The notes under the pieces are model-generated. The model had not been told where the DNA came from, did no database searches, and worked only from the letters and a program-made list of their open reading frames with translations. From Ignavibacteriota bacterium (GTDB taxonomy: Bacteria; Bacteroidota; Ignavibacteria; UBA10030; UBA6906), in NCBI GenBank assembly GCA_963801355.1, contig CAWDEM010000004.1, positions 928,001 to 992,000 on the forward strand: a stretch of 64,000 bases of DNA. Reading direction: 5' to 3'. The first letter of the stretch is position 1; every line of letters begins with the position of its first letter. Made by a program: the position numbers and the translations under genes. Shown one piece after another: positions 47,225 through 56,351 of the stretch.

Positions 47225-48670
47225 ATGATACGCGCACTGTGCAGCAGTCTTGTGGCAGTCACCCTTGCACTGACGGTGGGAGGGTGCGGGTCGCAGACGA
47301 AGTGGAGCACTCCCTCCGCGGAAGCGAGACGGGCCTTCGAAGAAGGAGTCGGCCATTTTGAAAAGTTCTATTACGCGGAGGCTGCGGAGTCGTTCAAGCA
47401 GGCAATCGCGGCAGACTCGACGTTTGCCGTCGCCTGGGGGCGGTTGGGGCTCCTGCATATGTATACGATGGATGAAACCGCGGCGCGCCACGACGTGACC
47501 CGTGCCCTGATGCTGAGCTCCCGTGCTACGGAACGCGAACAGCTTCTCATCCGGCTCTGGTACTACCGTGTCATGTACGAAAACGTGCGGGCGGCGGCGG
47601 TGGCTGACTCACTCATCGCTCTGTATCCGAAGGAGGCCGAAGCGTACCTCGTGCGGGGACAGTTGTATACGGGGGAGAAGAATATCGAAGCCGCGGTGAA
47701 GATGTTCGAGCGGGCAGTAGCTGCCGATACCGGATTTGCCCTCGGCGTGATGTCGCTCGGATATGCCTATTCAGATCTGGGCGAACAGGACAAGGCGGTG
47801 AGCTATATGCAGCGGTATATTCGCATGGCGCCGGATGCCGCCGATCCGCGTGCGAGCTATGCTGACATCCTCCTGCGCGCCGGGCGGTACGACGAAGCGC
47901 TCGAACAATACCGCGCGTCGCTCGAGCACAAGCCGGACTACTGGTACTCCGTTCGCCAGATCGGCGGAGTGTACGCCTTGCACGGCCGCCTGGCAGACGC
48001 CCGGAAGGAATTTGACCGCTCACTCACCATGGTGCCGGGGGGATCCACGACCGAAGCCCTGCGTCTGCGTTTGTATGCCTATCTGGATATGCAGCGGGGC
48101 GCCTACGAAGAGGCGGTGAGCAAAAGCAGAGAAGCTGTTGCGATCGACTCATCCCTGCTCGGCAGCGCATTGCAGTTGTCATATGCGCTGGCGAAGCTGA
48201 AACGGTTTGCGGAAGCCGAGGAATGCATCCGGCAGTCGCTGGAGGAATTGGAGCGGAAACATCAAACCGATTCCCCCACGATGCAGGGGTACCACATCAT
48301 GCGGGCGCGCGTCTATACCGAAGAAGGCCGGTATGAAGAAGCGCTGCGCGCATGCAAATCGGCGCTGGAATACTCCTCGCCGCAAATGCGGGGTGCGGTC
48401 TACACCCAGATCGCACGCACATATCTTGCAGCCCGTCAGTATGAGCCATCGCTCGATGCGGTGGAAGGTGCACTGGGGGTGAACCCCAATGCGCCGGAAG
48501 CCCTGCTCATTCTGACAAAAGTGTACAACGAGCTGGGTGACCGGCGCATGGTGATCGAGGTGGGAGACCGCTTGAGGACGCTCTGGAAAGACGCTGATCC
48601 GGATTTCCTGCCGTTACGAGAACTTCACCAACTGCTCGGCAGTCGAAGGACACCGCGAACCGGTACCTAG
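47225..48670 (+). CDS. TPR-repeat lipoprotein
   Basis: Lipobox VGG-C and many TPR repeats. Confidence 0.85.
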   Translation: MIRALCSSLVAVTLALTVGGCGSQTKWSTPSAEARRAFEEGVGHFEKFYYAEAAESFKQAIAADSTFAVAWGRLGLLHMYTMDETAARHDVTRALMLSSRATEREQLLIRLWYYRVMYENVRAAAVADSLIALYPKEAEAYLVRGQLYTGEKNIEAAVKMFERAVAADTGFALGVMSLGYAYSDLGEQDKAVSYMQRYIRMAPDAADPRASYADILLRAGRYDEALEQYRASLEHKPDYWYSVRQIGGVYALHGRLADARKEFDRSLTMVPGGSTTEALRLRLYAYLDMQRGAYEEAVSKSREAVAIDSSLLGSALQLSYALAKLKRFAEAEECIRQSLEELERKHQTDSPTMQGYHIMRARVYTEEGRYEEALRACKSALEYSSPQMRGAVYTQIARTYLAARQYEPSLDAVEGALGVNPNAPEALLILTKVYNELGDRRMVIEVGDRLRTLWKDADPDFLPLRELHQLLGSRRTPRTGT

Positions 48671-48990
48671 CTCTGGAATCCGAGACGTTTGCGGGCGGTT
48701 GCCGACATCCGCTCGGGTGTCCATGCCGGCTCCCAGACGATCCGCACATCGGCTTCTCTGACCCCCTCGAGAGCGAGCACACGGTTTCTGACGCTCTGGG
48801 CAATCATTCCGCTCATGCCACATCCCGGCGTCGTGAGGGTCATCTTCACCCCCACCCAGTCATCAATTATCTTCACATCGTAGATGAGCCCGAGGTCAAC
48901 GACATTGACCGGAATTTCCGGGTCATAGCAGTCGCGCAATGCACCGTAGACTTGCTCCTCAGTGATGGCGGCGGTTTTCTGATCGTTCAC
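48667..48990 (-). CDS. DUF59/SufT-like Fe-S cluster assembly protein
   Basis: YDPEIPVNVVDLGLIY, MTLTTPGC, VWEPAWTPERMS; GTG start after AGGAGG. Confidence 0.88.
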   Translation of the reverse strand: MNDQKTAAITEEQVYGALRDCYDPEIPVNVVDLGLIYDVKIIDDWVGVKMTLTTPGCGMSGMIAQSVRNRVLALEGVREADVRIVWEPAWTPERMSATARKRLGFQS

Positions 48991-49207
48991 GGTATCCCTC
49001 CTGATTGTCTGTAATCTTATGATACGGTTCGGCGATGGTCTTTTCAAGTGACCCATCCTGTCCTCCCTGCCGGGGCGATGCGCCGCATGCGCAGGATCCG
49101 CCGCACGGCGTGGTTATGTCCCGGTGAAGCGACCGTACCTTCCATCGGGCCAGAAGGACGGCAACCCCGGCAACTATGGCCAGGGCACACAGTGTCTGCC
49201 AGTCCAT
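48959..49207 (-). CDS. FeoB-associated Cys-rich small membrane protein
   Basis: N-terminal TM helix followed by CGGSCAC; immediately downstream of feoB. Confidence 0.7.
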   Translation of the reverse strand: MDWQTLCALAIVAGVAVLLARWKVRSLHRDITTPCGGSCACGASPRQGGQDGSLEKTIAEPYHKITDNQEGYRERSENRRHH

Positions 49208-49208
49208 C

Positions 49209-51314
49209 TCAGGTTCCTCCGAGAAAGTGTACGCCATGGTAGACGGCGAAGGACAGACCATAGGCAAGGGCGGTCATGTAGAACAGTTGAAAGGCCGGCC
49301 ATTTCCAGCTGTTGGTCTCCCGCCGCACGACCGCCACAGTGGAGAGGCACTGCAGCGCAACCAGATAGTATGCGAGAAGAGCCAGCGTTGTTGCAAGGCT
49401 GAAGGTCGGGAGCCCCGTCTGCGGATTCATATCGTTCTGCATGGCGTGGCTCAATGCCGCAACCTGCGGACGATTGTCGTCGTCGGCTATGTGGTAAATA
49501 GTGGCCATGGCGCTGACGAATGCTTCGCGTTGCATCAGCGATGAAATCAACCCGATGCCGATTTTCCAATCGAAGCCCAGCGGACGAATCACCGGTTCGA
49601 TTGCGTGCCCCATCTGTCCGGCGTAGCTCTGCTCGAGCCGTTGTGCGGGTGTCGCGTGGTCGGACTTTGGATACGTCGCGAGGAACCAGAGGAGAATCGA
49701 AACGCCGAGTATGATCGTGCCGGCTGTTTTCAGGAATGCGAGGACCCGTTCCCATACAAGGAAAAGAACCGTCCTCAACGATGGGAGTTTGTAAGGCGGA
49801 AGCTCCATGATGAACAACGGGGGCACGCCGCGCAACAGGGTCTTCTTGAACAGCCATGCCATCGCGAGTGCCAATACCATGCCGGCCACATACAGGAAGA
49901 GAAGGGTGAGCCCCTGAGAGGAGACAATGCCGAGGAAGACCGCAGGGGGGATGCACGCCGCAATCAGCAGCGAATAGACAGGCAGACGGGCGCTGCAGCT
50001 GATCAAGGGAGCTACAAGGATGGTGGCGAGCCGGTCTTTGGGATTCTCGATTGTGCGGGTCGCCATGATGCCGGGAATGGCGCATGCAAACGACCCGAGA
50101 AGGGGAATGAACGACTTGCCGTGCAATCCTACCTTGGACATCAGTTTGTCCATGATGAATGCGGCCCGCGCCATATAGCCGCTGTCTTCCAGGAGACCGA
50201 GGAAGAAAAAGAGAAATGCAATCTGCGGCAGGAATGTGACAACACCGGCGACACCTGCGAGCGCGCCATCCACGATCAGACTGCGGAGATCTCCCGGCGG
50301 CATGACAGATGTTATGAGACGTCCCAGCGCGTCGAAGCCGCTGCCGATCCACGCCATCGGCAGAGCCGCCCAGCTGAAAATGCTCTGGAACACCACCGCC
50401 ATGACGCCGAGGAACAGAAGGAGTCCCCACACACGGTGCGTCACAATCCTGTCGATGCGGTCCGTCAGCGAATGGTCCGCGCGGCCCGGGGTGTGCATGA
50501 CCGCCGTGCACAGGTTGCGGATCCACGCGTAGCGGGTTTCGATGAAGGCTGCAGGCGGATCGATACCGAGAAACGTGAGACGCTCCCGGGTCGTGCGCAG
50601 GTATTCCCGCAGGCGTTCGCCGCTCCGGTCATCGCGCCCGGCGATTGCCCCGGGGGCAAGAAGAAGGGCAGTGGCTTCGTGTGAAGCAGCCGGCAACGTC
50701 ATTCCGGAATCGGTGCGCAGCATTTCGGCGAGCTGTTCATGCGCGCGCTGCAGCGGCTCGGGCAATGCCCAGCGCAGCACGTTGCCGTTGGAGCGGGGGA
50801 CGGTCAGGAGAGCCTCCCGGAGGGCCCCGATCCCTTCCCCTTTGTGCGCTACAGTCTTGACCACCGGAACACCCAGAGCTTCGGACAGAAGGCGGGTGTC
50901 GATGCGCATCATCCGCGCTTCGGCGAGGTCGCACATGGTGAGCACCACGACCACAGGGAGATGACAATCCATTACCTGCGTGACGAGATACAGATTGCGC
51001 TCGAGATTCGTTGCGTCCACGACACAGAGCACGACTTCGGGAGGCGGTGATGGTGTCCGGCCAAGGAGAGCGTCGGCCGCTATCCGCTCGTCTGGAGAGT
51101 CGGGGTGCAGACTGTACGTGCCGGGGAGATCCAGAATGGTGATTTCCCTGCCTCCGGGAAGGACACAGCGGCCTTCTCTCCTTTCCACGGTGACACCGGG
51201 GTAGTTTCCGACCTTGTGATGCAAGCCGGTCAACGCGTTGAAGAGAGAGGTCTTTCCGCTATTGGGATTGCCCAGGAGGGCGACCGTGCCGGCCTGCCGA
51301 TTGGATGCGTTCAT
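49209..51314 (-). CDS. feoB: Ferrous iron transporter FeoB
   Basis: GNPNSGKT, NYPGVTVE, DLPGTYSL, EDSGYMARAAF. Confidence 0.96.
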   Translation of the reverse strand: MNASNRQAGTVALLGNPNSGKTSLFNALTGLHHKVGNYPGVTVERREGRCVLPGGREITILDLPGTYSLHPDSPDERIAADALLGRTPSPPPEVVLCVVDATNLERNLYLVTQVMDCHLPVVVVLTMCDLAEARMMRIDTRLLSEALGVPVVKTVAHKGEGIGALREALLTVPRSNGNVLRWALPEPLQRAHEQLAEMLRTDSGMTLPAASHEATALLLAPGAIAGRDDRSGERLREYLRTTRERLTFLGIDPPAAFIETRYAWIRNLCTAVMHTPGRADHSLTDRIDRIVTHRVWGLLLFLGVMAVVFQSIFSWAALPMAWIGSGFDALGRLITSVMPPGDLRSLIVDGALAGVAGVVTFLPQIAFLFFFLGLLEDSGYMARAAFIMDKLMSKVGLHGKSFIPLLGSFACAIPGIMATRTIENPKDRLATILVAPLISCSARLPVYSLLIAACIPPAVFLGIVSSQGLTLLFLYVAGMVLALAMAWLFKKTLLRGVPPLFIMELPPYKLPSLRTVLFLVWERVLAFLKTAGTIILGVSILLWFLATYPKSDHATPAQRLEQSYAGQMGHAIEPVIRPLGFDWKIGIGLISSLMQREAFVSAMATIYHIADDDNRPQVAALSHAMQNDMNPQTGLPTFSLATTLALLAYYLVALQCLSTVAVVRRETNSWKWPAFQLFYMTALAYGLSFAVYHGVHFLGGT

Positions 51315-51318
51315 CCGC

Positions 51319-51564
51319 TCACGTATCCTTTTCGGGAAAGACGAAGATCCCTTGGGCTTCCGTGCAGCGGAGCATGAGCCGGTACCCTTGCATGTTGATC
51401 TCGATCGGATCGCCAAACGGGGCCCGGCGGACAAATTGAAGGTGTGTCCCGCTGGTCACACCCATCTCAAGCAGCCGCTGTCTGGCCCGGACGGAGAGAC
51501 CCCTGAGGGCTGCAACCGTGCCGTGGTCGCCGGGGGAGAGCTTCTCCAACGCAATTTGTTCCAT
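51319..51564 (-). CDS. feoA: FeoA protein
   Basis: RLLEMGVT...APFGDPIEI. Confidence 0.9.
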   Translation of the reverse strand: MEQIALEKLSPGDHGTVAALRGLSVRARQRLLEMGVTSGTHLQFVRRAPFGDPIEINMQGYRLMLRCTEAQGIFVFPEKDT

Positions 51565-51566
51565 CC

Positions 51567-52034
51567 TCACGTTTTCCTTTCCGTTGACCGCGTCTTGGTG
51601 CATTTCGCGCAGGTACCGAATATTTGCAGACTCGAACTGTGCGGTGTGAAGTCTTTGGAGGTACAGACCTCTTCCTGTAATTTGTTCATGCGTTCATTCA
51701 TGAACTCGAGGATATCGCCGCATTGCAGGCATATGAGGTGATGATGGTGTGGTCTGCCAAAAGCTTTTTCGTACCGTGACGAGTGTTCTGCGAAGCGGTA
51801 CTTCGAAATCAGACCACATCCCTGAAGGAGGTCGAGAGTGTTGTAGACGGTGGCTTTCGAAATCCTCGTGCCATGTGAGATCAGCCGGTAATAAAGCCCC
51901 TCAGCGTCGAAGTGCCCCTGGGTCTGGACGATGGCATCCAGCACCGCCATCCGGGCCGGCGTCGACCTCAATTTCCCCTGGGATTTCAGGTACTTTTGCA
52001 GGATTTCTTGTGCTGCTTCGCTGTTCATCGGCAT
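51567..52034 (-). CDS. fur: Fur-family transcriptional regulator
   Basis: HFDAE, ATVYNTLDLL, HHHHLICLQC, C-terminal CAKC. Confidence 0.93.
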   Translation of the reverse strand: MPMNSEAAQEILQKYLKSQGKLRSTPARMAVLDAIVQTQGHFDAEGLYYRLISHGTRISKATVYNTLDLLQGCGLISKYRFAEHSSRYEKAFGRPHHHHLICLQCGDILEFMNERMNKLQEEVCTSKDFTPHSSSLQIFGTCAKCTKTRSTERKT

Positions 52035-52042
52035 CTCACTTG

Positions 52043-52090
52043 TTTAGAATTGGTCTAAATAAAAATAGTGAATACTTGCCCACAAGTCAA
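52043..52090 (-). promoter_or_regulatory. fur-feo promoter with palindromic Fur-family operator
   Basis: TTGACT-17-TATTTT on the minus strand. TTTAGAATTGGTCTAAA inverted repeat at 52043-52059 lies over the likely start site. Confidence 0.65.
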
Positions 52091-52218
52091 GAGTTTTTTC
52101 TTGCGTTTTTTGGTCATTTTTACGATTTTTGAACAAGGCATTTGTATCCGTCCCTTCACTTAAAGTCTGAAAGAAAGCGGCTAAAGACCTATCACGTGTA
52201 TTGTCAAGGAGGAATACC

Positions 52219-52428
52219 ATGAATCGTTTGCAGGAATTGCGGGATTTGCTCACGACGTTCGAGAAAGACTTCGTGAAGTTTTATGAGAAAGGGAACAAGT
52301 CAGCCGGCACGCGCGTCCGGAAACATATGAACGAGTTGAAGCGCAAGGCGCAGGATATCCGCAAAGAAGTGCAGGACATCAAAGGGGTGGAAAAGGGTGG
52401 CGAGCAAGCGGCGCCGGATCAGCAGTAG
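52219..52428 (+). CDS. Small basic histone H1-like (Hc1-type) protein
   Basis: KFYEKGNKSAGTRVRK motif; AGGAGG RBS. Confidence 0.8.
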   Translation: MNRLQELRDLLTTFEKDFVKFYEKGNKSAGTRVRKHMNELKRKAQDIRKEVQDIKGVEKGGEQAAPDQQ

Positions 52429-52445
52429 GGAAGGGGAAGCATAAC

Positions 52446-52477
52446 GCAGAGAACCCACCTTGCGGTGGGTTCTTTGC
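52446..52477. terminator. Terminator hairpin between convergent genes
   Basis: GCAGAGAACCCACC-TTGC-GGTGGGTTCTTTGC. Confidence 0.75.
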
Positions 52478-52672
52478 TCAGGACTGTTCGCTTGCGTTCC
52501 GCTGGGAGCGGCGGATGGCCTTCAGTTTCTTCATGCGCTTCTTGACTGACGGCTTGCTGAAGTAGGCCCGTTTCTTGAACTCCTTCAACACGCCCGAGCG
52601 CTCATACTTCTTCTTGAAGCGTTTGATCGCGCGATCGATGGGTTCATTTTCAGAGACGACGATACCAACCAA
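52478..52672 (-). CDS. rpsU: 30S ribosomal protein bS21
   Basis: EPIDRAIKRFKK, YFSKPSVKKR; TTG start. Confidence 0.95.
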   Translation of the reverse strand: MVGIVVSENEPIDRAIKRFKKKYERSGVLKEFKKRAYFSKPSVKKRMKKLKAIRRSQRNASEQS

Positions 52673-52692
52673 CCGGATTCACCTCCTCTCGG

Positions 52693-53085
52693 TTATTCGG
52701 GGCTATCGGGGCTGAAGGGAATATTTTCCATCAGCCGCCGTTCGCCGAGTTTTTGGAAAGAGACCACGATCGCACTCCCTCCCCCGGAGGTGCGTTCCTT
52801 CGAAACAATTTTCCCGATATCACCCCAGTCGGTATGGAAAATTGCCTGCCCGACAGCATAACTATTTTCGGGATGGTATTCGCTTGCCTCAGCGCGGTCG
52901 AGCTTGCGTTTGGATTCCTGTTCCGCGCGTCGCAAGTCCTCCAGGTTGATAAGGCTTGCATGCCTGCAACGGGTACAGCGGTACCATGATCGCTCGGGCT
53001 GCTGGTCGGTGGAGCCGATCAACTCCATCTTTGCGATGCGGTCGCAGTGTGCACAGTGGTGGAGAATATGCTTTCCCTTCGCCAT
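52693..53085 (-). CDS. Zinc-ribbon plus Tudor/SH3-like domain hypothetical protein
   Basis: CAHC...CTRC, then YAVGQAIFHTDWGDIGKIV...VSF...GERRL; AGGAGG RBS; TTGACT-17-TACATT promoter at 53179-53207. Confidence 0.7.
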   Translation of the reverse strand: MAKGKHILHHCAHCDRIAKMELIGSTDQQPERSWYRCTRCRHASLINLEDLRRAEQESKRKLDRAEASEYHPENSYAVGQAIFHTDWGDIGKIVSKERTSGGGSAIVVSFQKLGERRLMENIPFSPDSPE

Positions 53086-53238
53086 CTGATCCTCCTGCGG
53101 AAGACAATACAGCAATGCCCCCGGAAGAGACGACAGGGGTCGCGGGATCCGGGCGGATGCGGCTCACTACACTTGTTCAATGTACAGAAAACGGCAGCGG
53201 AAGTCAACACAACTCAGGGGGATATGTCGGGGGTGTGA

Positions 53239-53436
53239 TCACACGAGAGGCAGATTCCGGTCGGTGCGCGGAGGAGGTTGCTGTTGTCGGGCGATATATC
53301 TCTCCGCTGCCCGTTCAAGCTCGGCGTAGGACGCAGAGGGCTGAGGACGGATGGTACTCCAGACGGTTTCGATGTTCAGGTTGAGGGCGCGGGCGAGATA
53401 GACCGCCTCGGCGTGGGTAGCGGGACGTGTCTGCAT
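53239..53436 (-). CDS. Small hypothetical protein (paralog B)
   Basis: AGAGGA RBS; shares a motif with the neighbouring ORF. Confidence 0.6.
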   Translation of the reverse strand: MQTRPATHAEAVYLARALNLNIETVWSTIRPQPSASYAELERAAERYIARQQQPPPRTDRNLPLV

Positions 53437-53452
53437 GTTTCCTCTAGTGCTG

Positions 53453-53644
53453 TTATTGCATGTCTGTACTGTTGGGAGAGGAAAACCGCTCGAGCGGAAG
53501 CGGCTTCAGGCATATCAAGACCGCCATGACCAGCTCCGAGTATGAACTGTAAATCATGCCGCCGATGATATCCCACACGATTTCGACTTTCATGTTCATC
53601 GAACGGGCAATTAGCACAGCATCTGCGTGCGTGGCCTTTTTCAT
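53453..53644 (-). CDS. Small hypothetical protein (paralog A)
   Basis: AAGGAG RBS; shares a motif with the neighbouring ORF. Confidence 0.6.
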   Translation of the reverse strand: MKKATHADAVLIARSMNMKVEIVWDIIGGMIYSSYSELVMAVLICLKPLPLERFSSPNSTDMQ

Positions 53645-53878
53645 GGCTTGACTCCTTCTGTCTGCCGCCTAAGCGGGGAGGATGTTGGGGAGACCGATGC
53701 TCCCCGGTGCTGTGACAATATACTATGGCAGGTCCCGCCACGCTGTGCCATGGCGCATGAGCACACATGAGACGCGACACCACTTGAAACAGGCCCCCCC
53801 TCTTGCCGCTCACGCCGACGTTTCGTATATTCCGCAGTCATTGCCGGATGTCCCGGCGTGCGGAATTCACTCCAATTC

Positions 53879-53952
53879 GGGCCCTTAGCTCAGTTGGTTA
53901 GAGCGACAGACTCATAATCTGTTGGTCGCAGGTTCGAGTCCTGCAGGGCCCA
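53879..53952 (+). tRNA. tRNA with CAT anticodon, most likely tRNA-Ile2 (lysidine)
   Basis: GGGCCCTTAGCTCAGTTGGTTAGAGC...CTCATAA...GGTTCGAGTCC; resembles ileX-type and lacks initiator features. Confidence 0.88.
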
Positions 53953-54072
53953 CACCATTTCTCCCCCCCCCCACCTTGGGACATCCCGTCCCGGATTTCT
54001 GGCGCAGAAATTGCTTCGTCAATGAGGTGTTGAGACACGGAGCAACATACGTCCAGAACTCATAGGTTCGGT

Positions 54073-54453
54073 ATGAAGATTCTTTTGGTCGATGACGAAA
54101 GAGGTTTTCTCGCTATTATGGGGGATATTCTCCGTGAGAACGGGCACAATATCCTTCTCGCGGAAAACGGGAAACAGGCACGGGAAGCCCTGGAATTTGA
54201 GCGCGTTGACCTCATAATTTCCGATGTCTTCATGCCGACTCTCGATGGTGTCCGATTCCACGACTACGTGAGGGAGTTCACCGATGCACAGGACATTCCC
54301 TTCATTTTCATGTCAGGTTTTGATGACGAGCACACGCGCAGCCTGGTTGTGGACCCCGCGATTGACTTCTTTTTGAGCAAAACCACCCCGGTTGAAAAAG
54401 TTCTCGATCTTATCAATAGCCTGAAAATCGAAAAAGAGGCGAAACCGGGATGA
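54073..54453 (+). CDS. Single-domain response regulator (CheY-like)
   Basis: MKILLVDD, IISDVFMP, FMSG, SK. Confidence 0.9.
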   Translation: MKILLVDDERGFLAIMGDILRENGHNILLAENGKQAREALEFERVDLIISDVFMPTLDGVRFHDYVREFTDAQDIPFIFMSGFDDEHTRSLVVDPAIDFFLSKTTPVEKVLDLINSLKIEKEAKPG

Positions 54454-56261
54454 GCGCGCCTACCATGGACACGAAAGAACCGGTGGCTCAGGGAGGACGT
54501 GTCGGCCCGCATGTCATGGCGTCTTTCTTTGACCACCTGGTTAAGAATCAGATCATTACCCCCGCCCAGGCCGCCCAGGCGGCCCTGTGGAAAGACCAGA
54601 ATGTGGCGGAAAAGCGCACCATGGTCGAAATGATCGAACAGGAGTTCGGCATCAACCGCGATGTGGTGCGCCAACAGATTGCACAATATTACGCATTCAG
54701 GATCATCGACCCCCGCGACCGGTCGGTGCGCCGCCTACTGCCATCCGAAATCAACAAGATTCTTCGCGCTCTCCCGGAGCACGTGATGCAACAGCTCCTG
54801 AAAGCGCAGTTGCTTCCGTACGATCATGCCGAGAACCAGCCTGACAAGATTGTGTTGGTTACGCCAAACCCCTCCGATCGGGAGATCCACAAGCTGGCCC
54901 GTACACTCCCATACAAGAAATTTGAGATTTGCTATCTGAGGGAGGCCGACTGGATTGAATACTGGGGTGTGCTCACTGCTGAGCGTGAAAAGCCTACCCC
55001 GGAAAAAGTTGTTTCCCCGCCGGCCGAGAGCACCGAATCTGATTTCGAAAGTGTGATGGACCGCGAAATCAGCCGGACGCAGTTGAACTCACTGCTGGAA
55101 AATATCTTTGCAGACGCGTTGCGGAATCGTGCGACGGAAATCCATTTCATGCCGCTGGGACCACGGAGGACGGACGTCCTGTTCCGCCTCGATGGTCACC
55201 TTTCCCTCTGGGTCAGCATGGAGGATGTTCGATGCGAAGCAGTACCGACCGCATTGAAAATGTTGACGGGCAACATGGATCGTTATGAGCGGATGGCTGC
55301 CCAGCAGGGGATGATATTCAGGATGGTGGAGAAGATGCCGCTGCGCATGAGCGCGTCCAGTATCCCGATCGCTTCCGGTGATCCGGGCTTGCGCTATGAG
55401 TCGGTTGTGCTTCACCTCATCAGGGAAACAGAATCTGTACCTTCGCTGCGGAACATCGGACTCGACGCACATTCGGCAGACGTTCTGAACGCTGCACTCA
55501 CCGGCAGGCGAGGGATTGTCCTCTTTGCCGGCTTCGATCACTATGCCCTCCGCACGGCGATCGCCGCATCGCTGAAGTCGATAGTCAAGCCTGCGCTCAA
55601 CATCATGACGATTGAAGAACGGCTGAGCTATCTGGTGGACGGTGTTCGTCAGATCAAACTCAACCCGCGCCTCTCGGCAAGCGATGCCGTGCGCGCAATT
55701 GATGGGCATGATCCGGATGTTGTTTTCCTGGGAGAAATTGACGGCCCCGAGATCGCTGCAGTGGCGCTCCGGTTGGCCAATATTGGGCAATTGGTTCTCT
55801 GCAGTATCCATGCCCGTGACGCCGTCACCTCCCTGGCACGTCTGCTGCGCATCGTGGGTGACGGACTGGTCCTCGGTGATGCGTTGAGCGCCGTCGTGGC
55901 CCAACAAACCGTCCGGACACTCTGTTCCCGCTGCAAACAACAGCTGCAGCCGCCCTCATTGCCGCTCGCCATTGCGCATCTGAGACTCCGTGAGGGAGAA
56001 TCTGCGCCTTCAAAGGTCCATCGTGCCGTGGGATGCATCGACTGCCACGGAGGATATCTGGGTCAGGAGATGCTCTTTGAGGCGTTTCCCATAACCCCGG
56101 GGATTCGCGATATACTTGCGGGATCTGACGGGTGTCTGAACAACGATGCTGTCATCAAATCAGCCATGCTTGATGGTATGATCCCCATTCGCAACAAAGG
56201 GCTGGAATTGGTTGACAAGGGTCAAACCACCGTCGATCAGCTGCTTCACTTCGCTGTTTGA
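54450..56261 (+). CDS. PilB/GspE-like protein with degenerate ATPase motifs
   Basis: Collinear with PilB at 59011 (ATEIHF, FRLDG, HDPDVVFLGE, VVAQQTVRTLC, CxxC pairs), but the Walker A position reads AGFDHYALRT. Confidence 0.8.
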   Translation: MSAPTMDTKEPVAQGGRVGPHVMASFFDHLVKNQIITPAQAAQAALWKDQNVAEKRTMVEMIEQEFGINRDVVRQQIAQYYAFRIIDPRDRSVRRLLPSEINKILRALPEHVMQQLLKAQLLPYDHAENQPDKIVLVTPNPSDREIHKLARTLPYKKFEICYLREADWIEYWGVLTAEREKPTPEKVVSPPAESTESDFESVMDREISRTQLNSLLENIFADALRNRATEIHFMPLGPRRTDVLFRLDGHLSLWVSMEDVRCEAVPTALKMLTGNMDRYERMAAQQGMIFRMVEKMPLRMSASSIPIASGDPGLRYESVVLHLIRETESVPSLRNIGLDAHSADVLNAALTGRRGIVLFAGFDHYALRTAIAASLKSIVKPALNIMTIEERLSYLVDGVRQIKLNPRLSASDAVRAIDGHDPDVVFLGEIDGPEIAAVALRLANIGQLVLCSIHARDAVTSLARLLRIVGDGLVLGDALSAVVAQQTVRTLCSRCKQQLQPPSLPLAIAHLRLREGESAPSKVHRAVGCIDCHGGYLGQEMLFEAFPITPGIRDILAGSDGCLNNDAVIKSAMLDGMIPIRNKGLELVDKGQTTVDQLLHFAV

Positions 56262-56280
56262 GAGACGTGATATGGAATCA

Positions 56281-56310
56281 CACGGAGACTCAGATTTCTG
56301 AGTCTCCGTG
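56281..56310. repeat. Perfect 14-bp inverted repeat (probable terminator or stability hairpin)
   Basis: CACGGAGACTCAGA-TT-TCTGAGTCTCCGTG followed by TTT. Confidence 0.75.
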
Positions 56311-56351
56311 TTTACTTCACGTTCAGGATTCCGTCCAGCAACTTCTCTCAG

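Noticed and set aside
53120-54070. tRNA-anchored genomic island or prophage
   Set aside because: No integrase is present and I found no duplicated tRNA 3' end. The orphan ORFs lie 5' of the tRNA.
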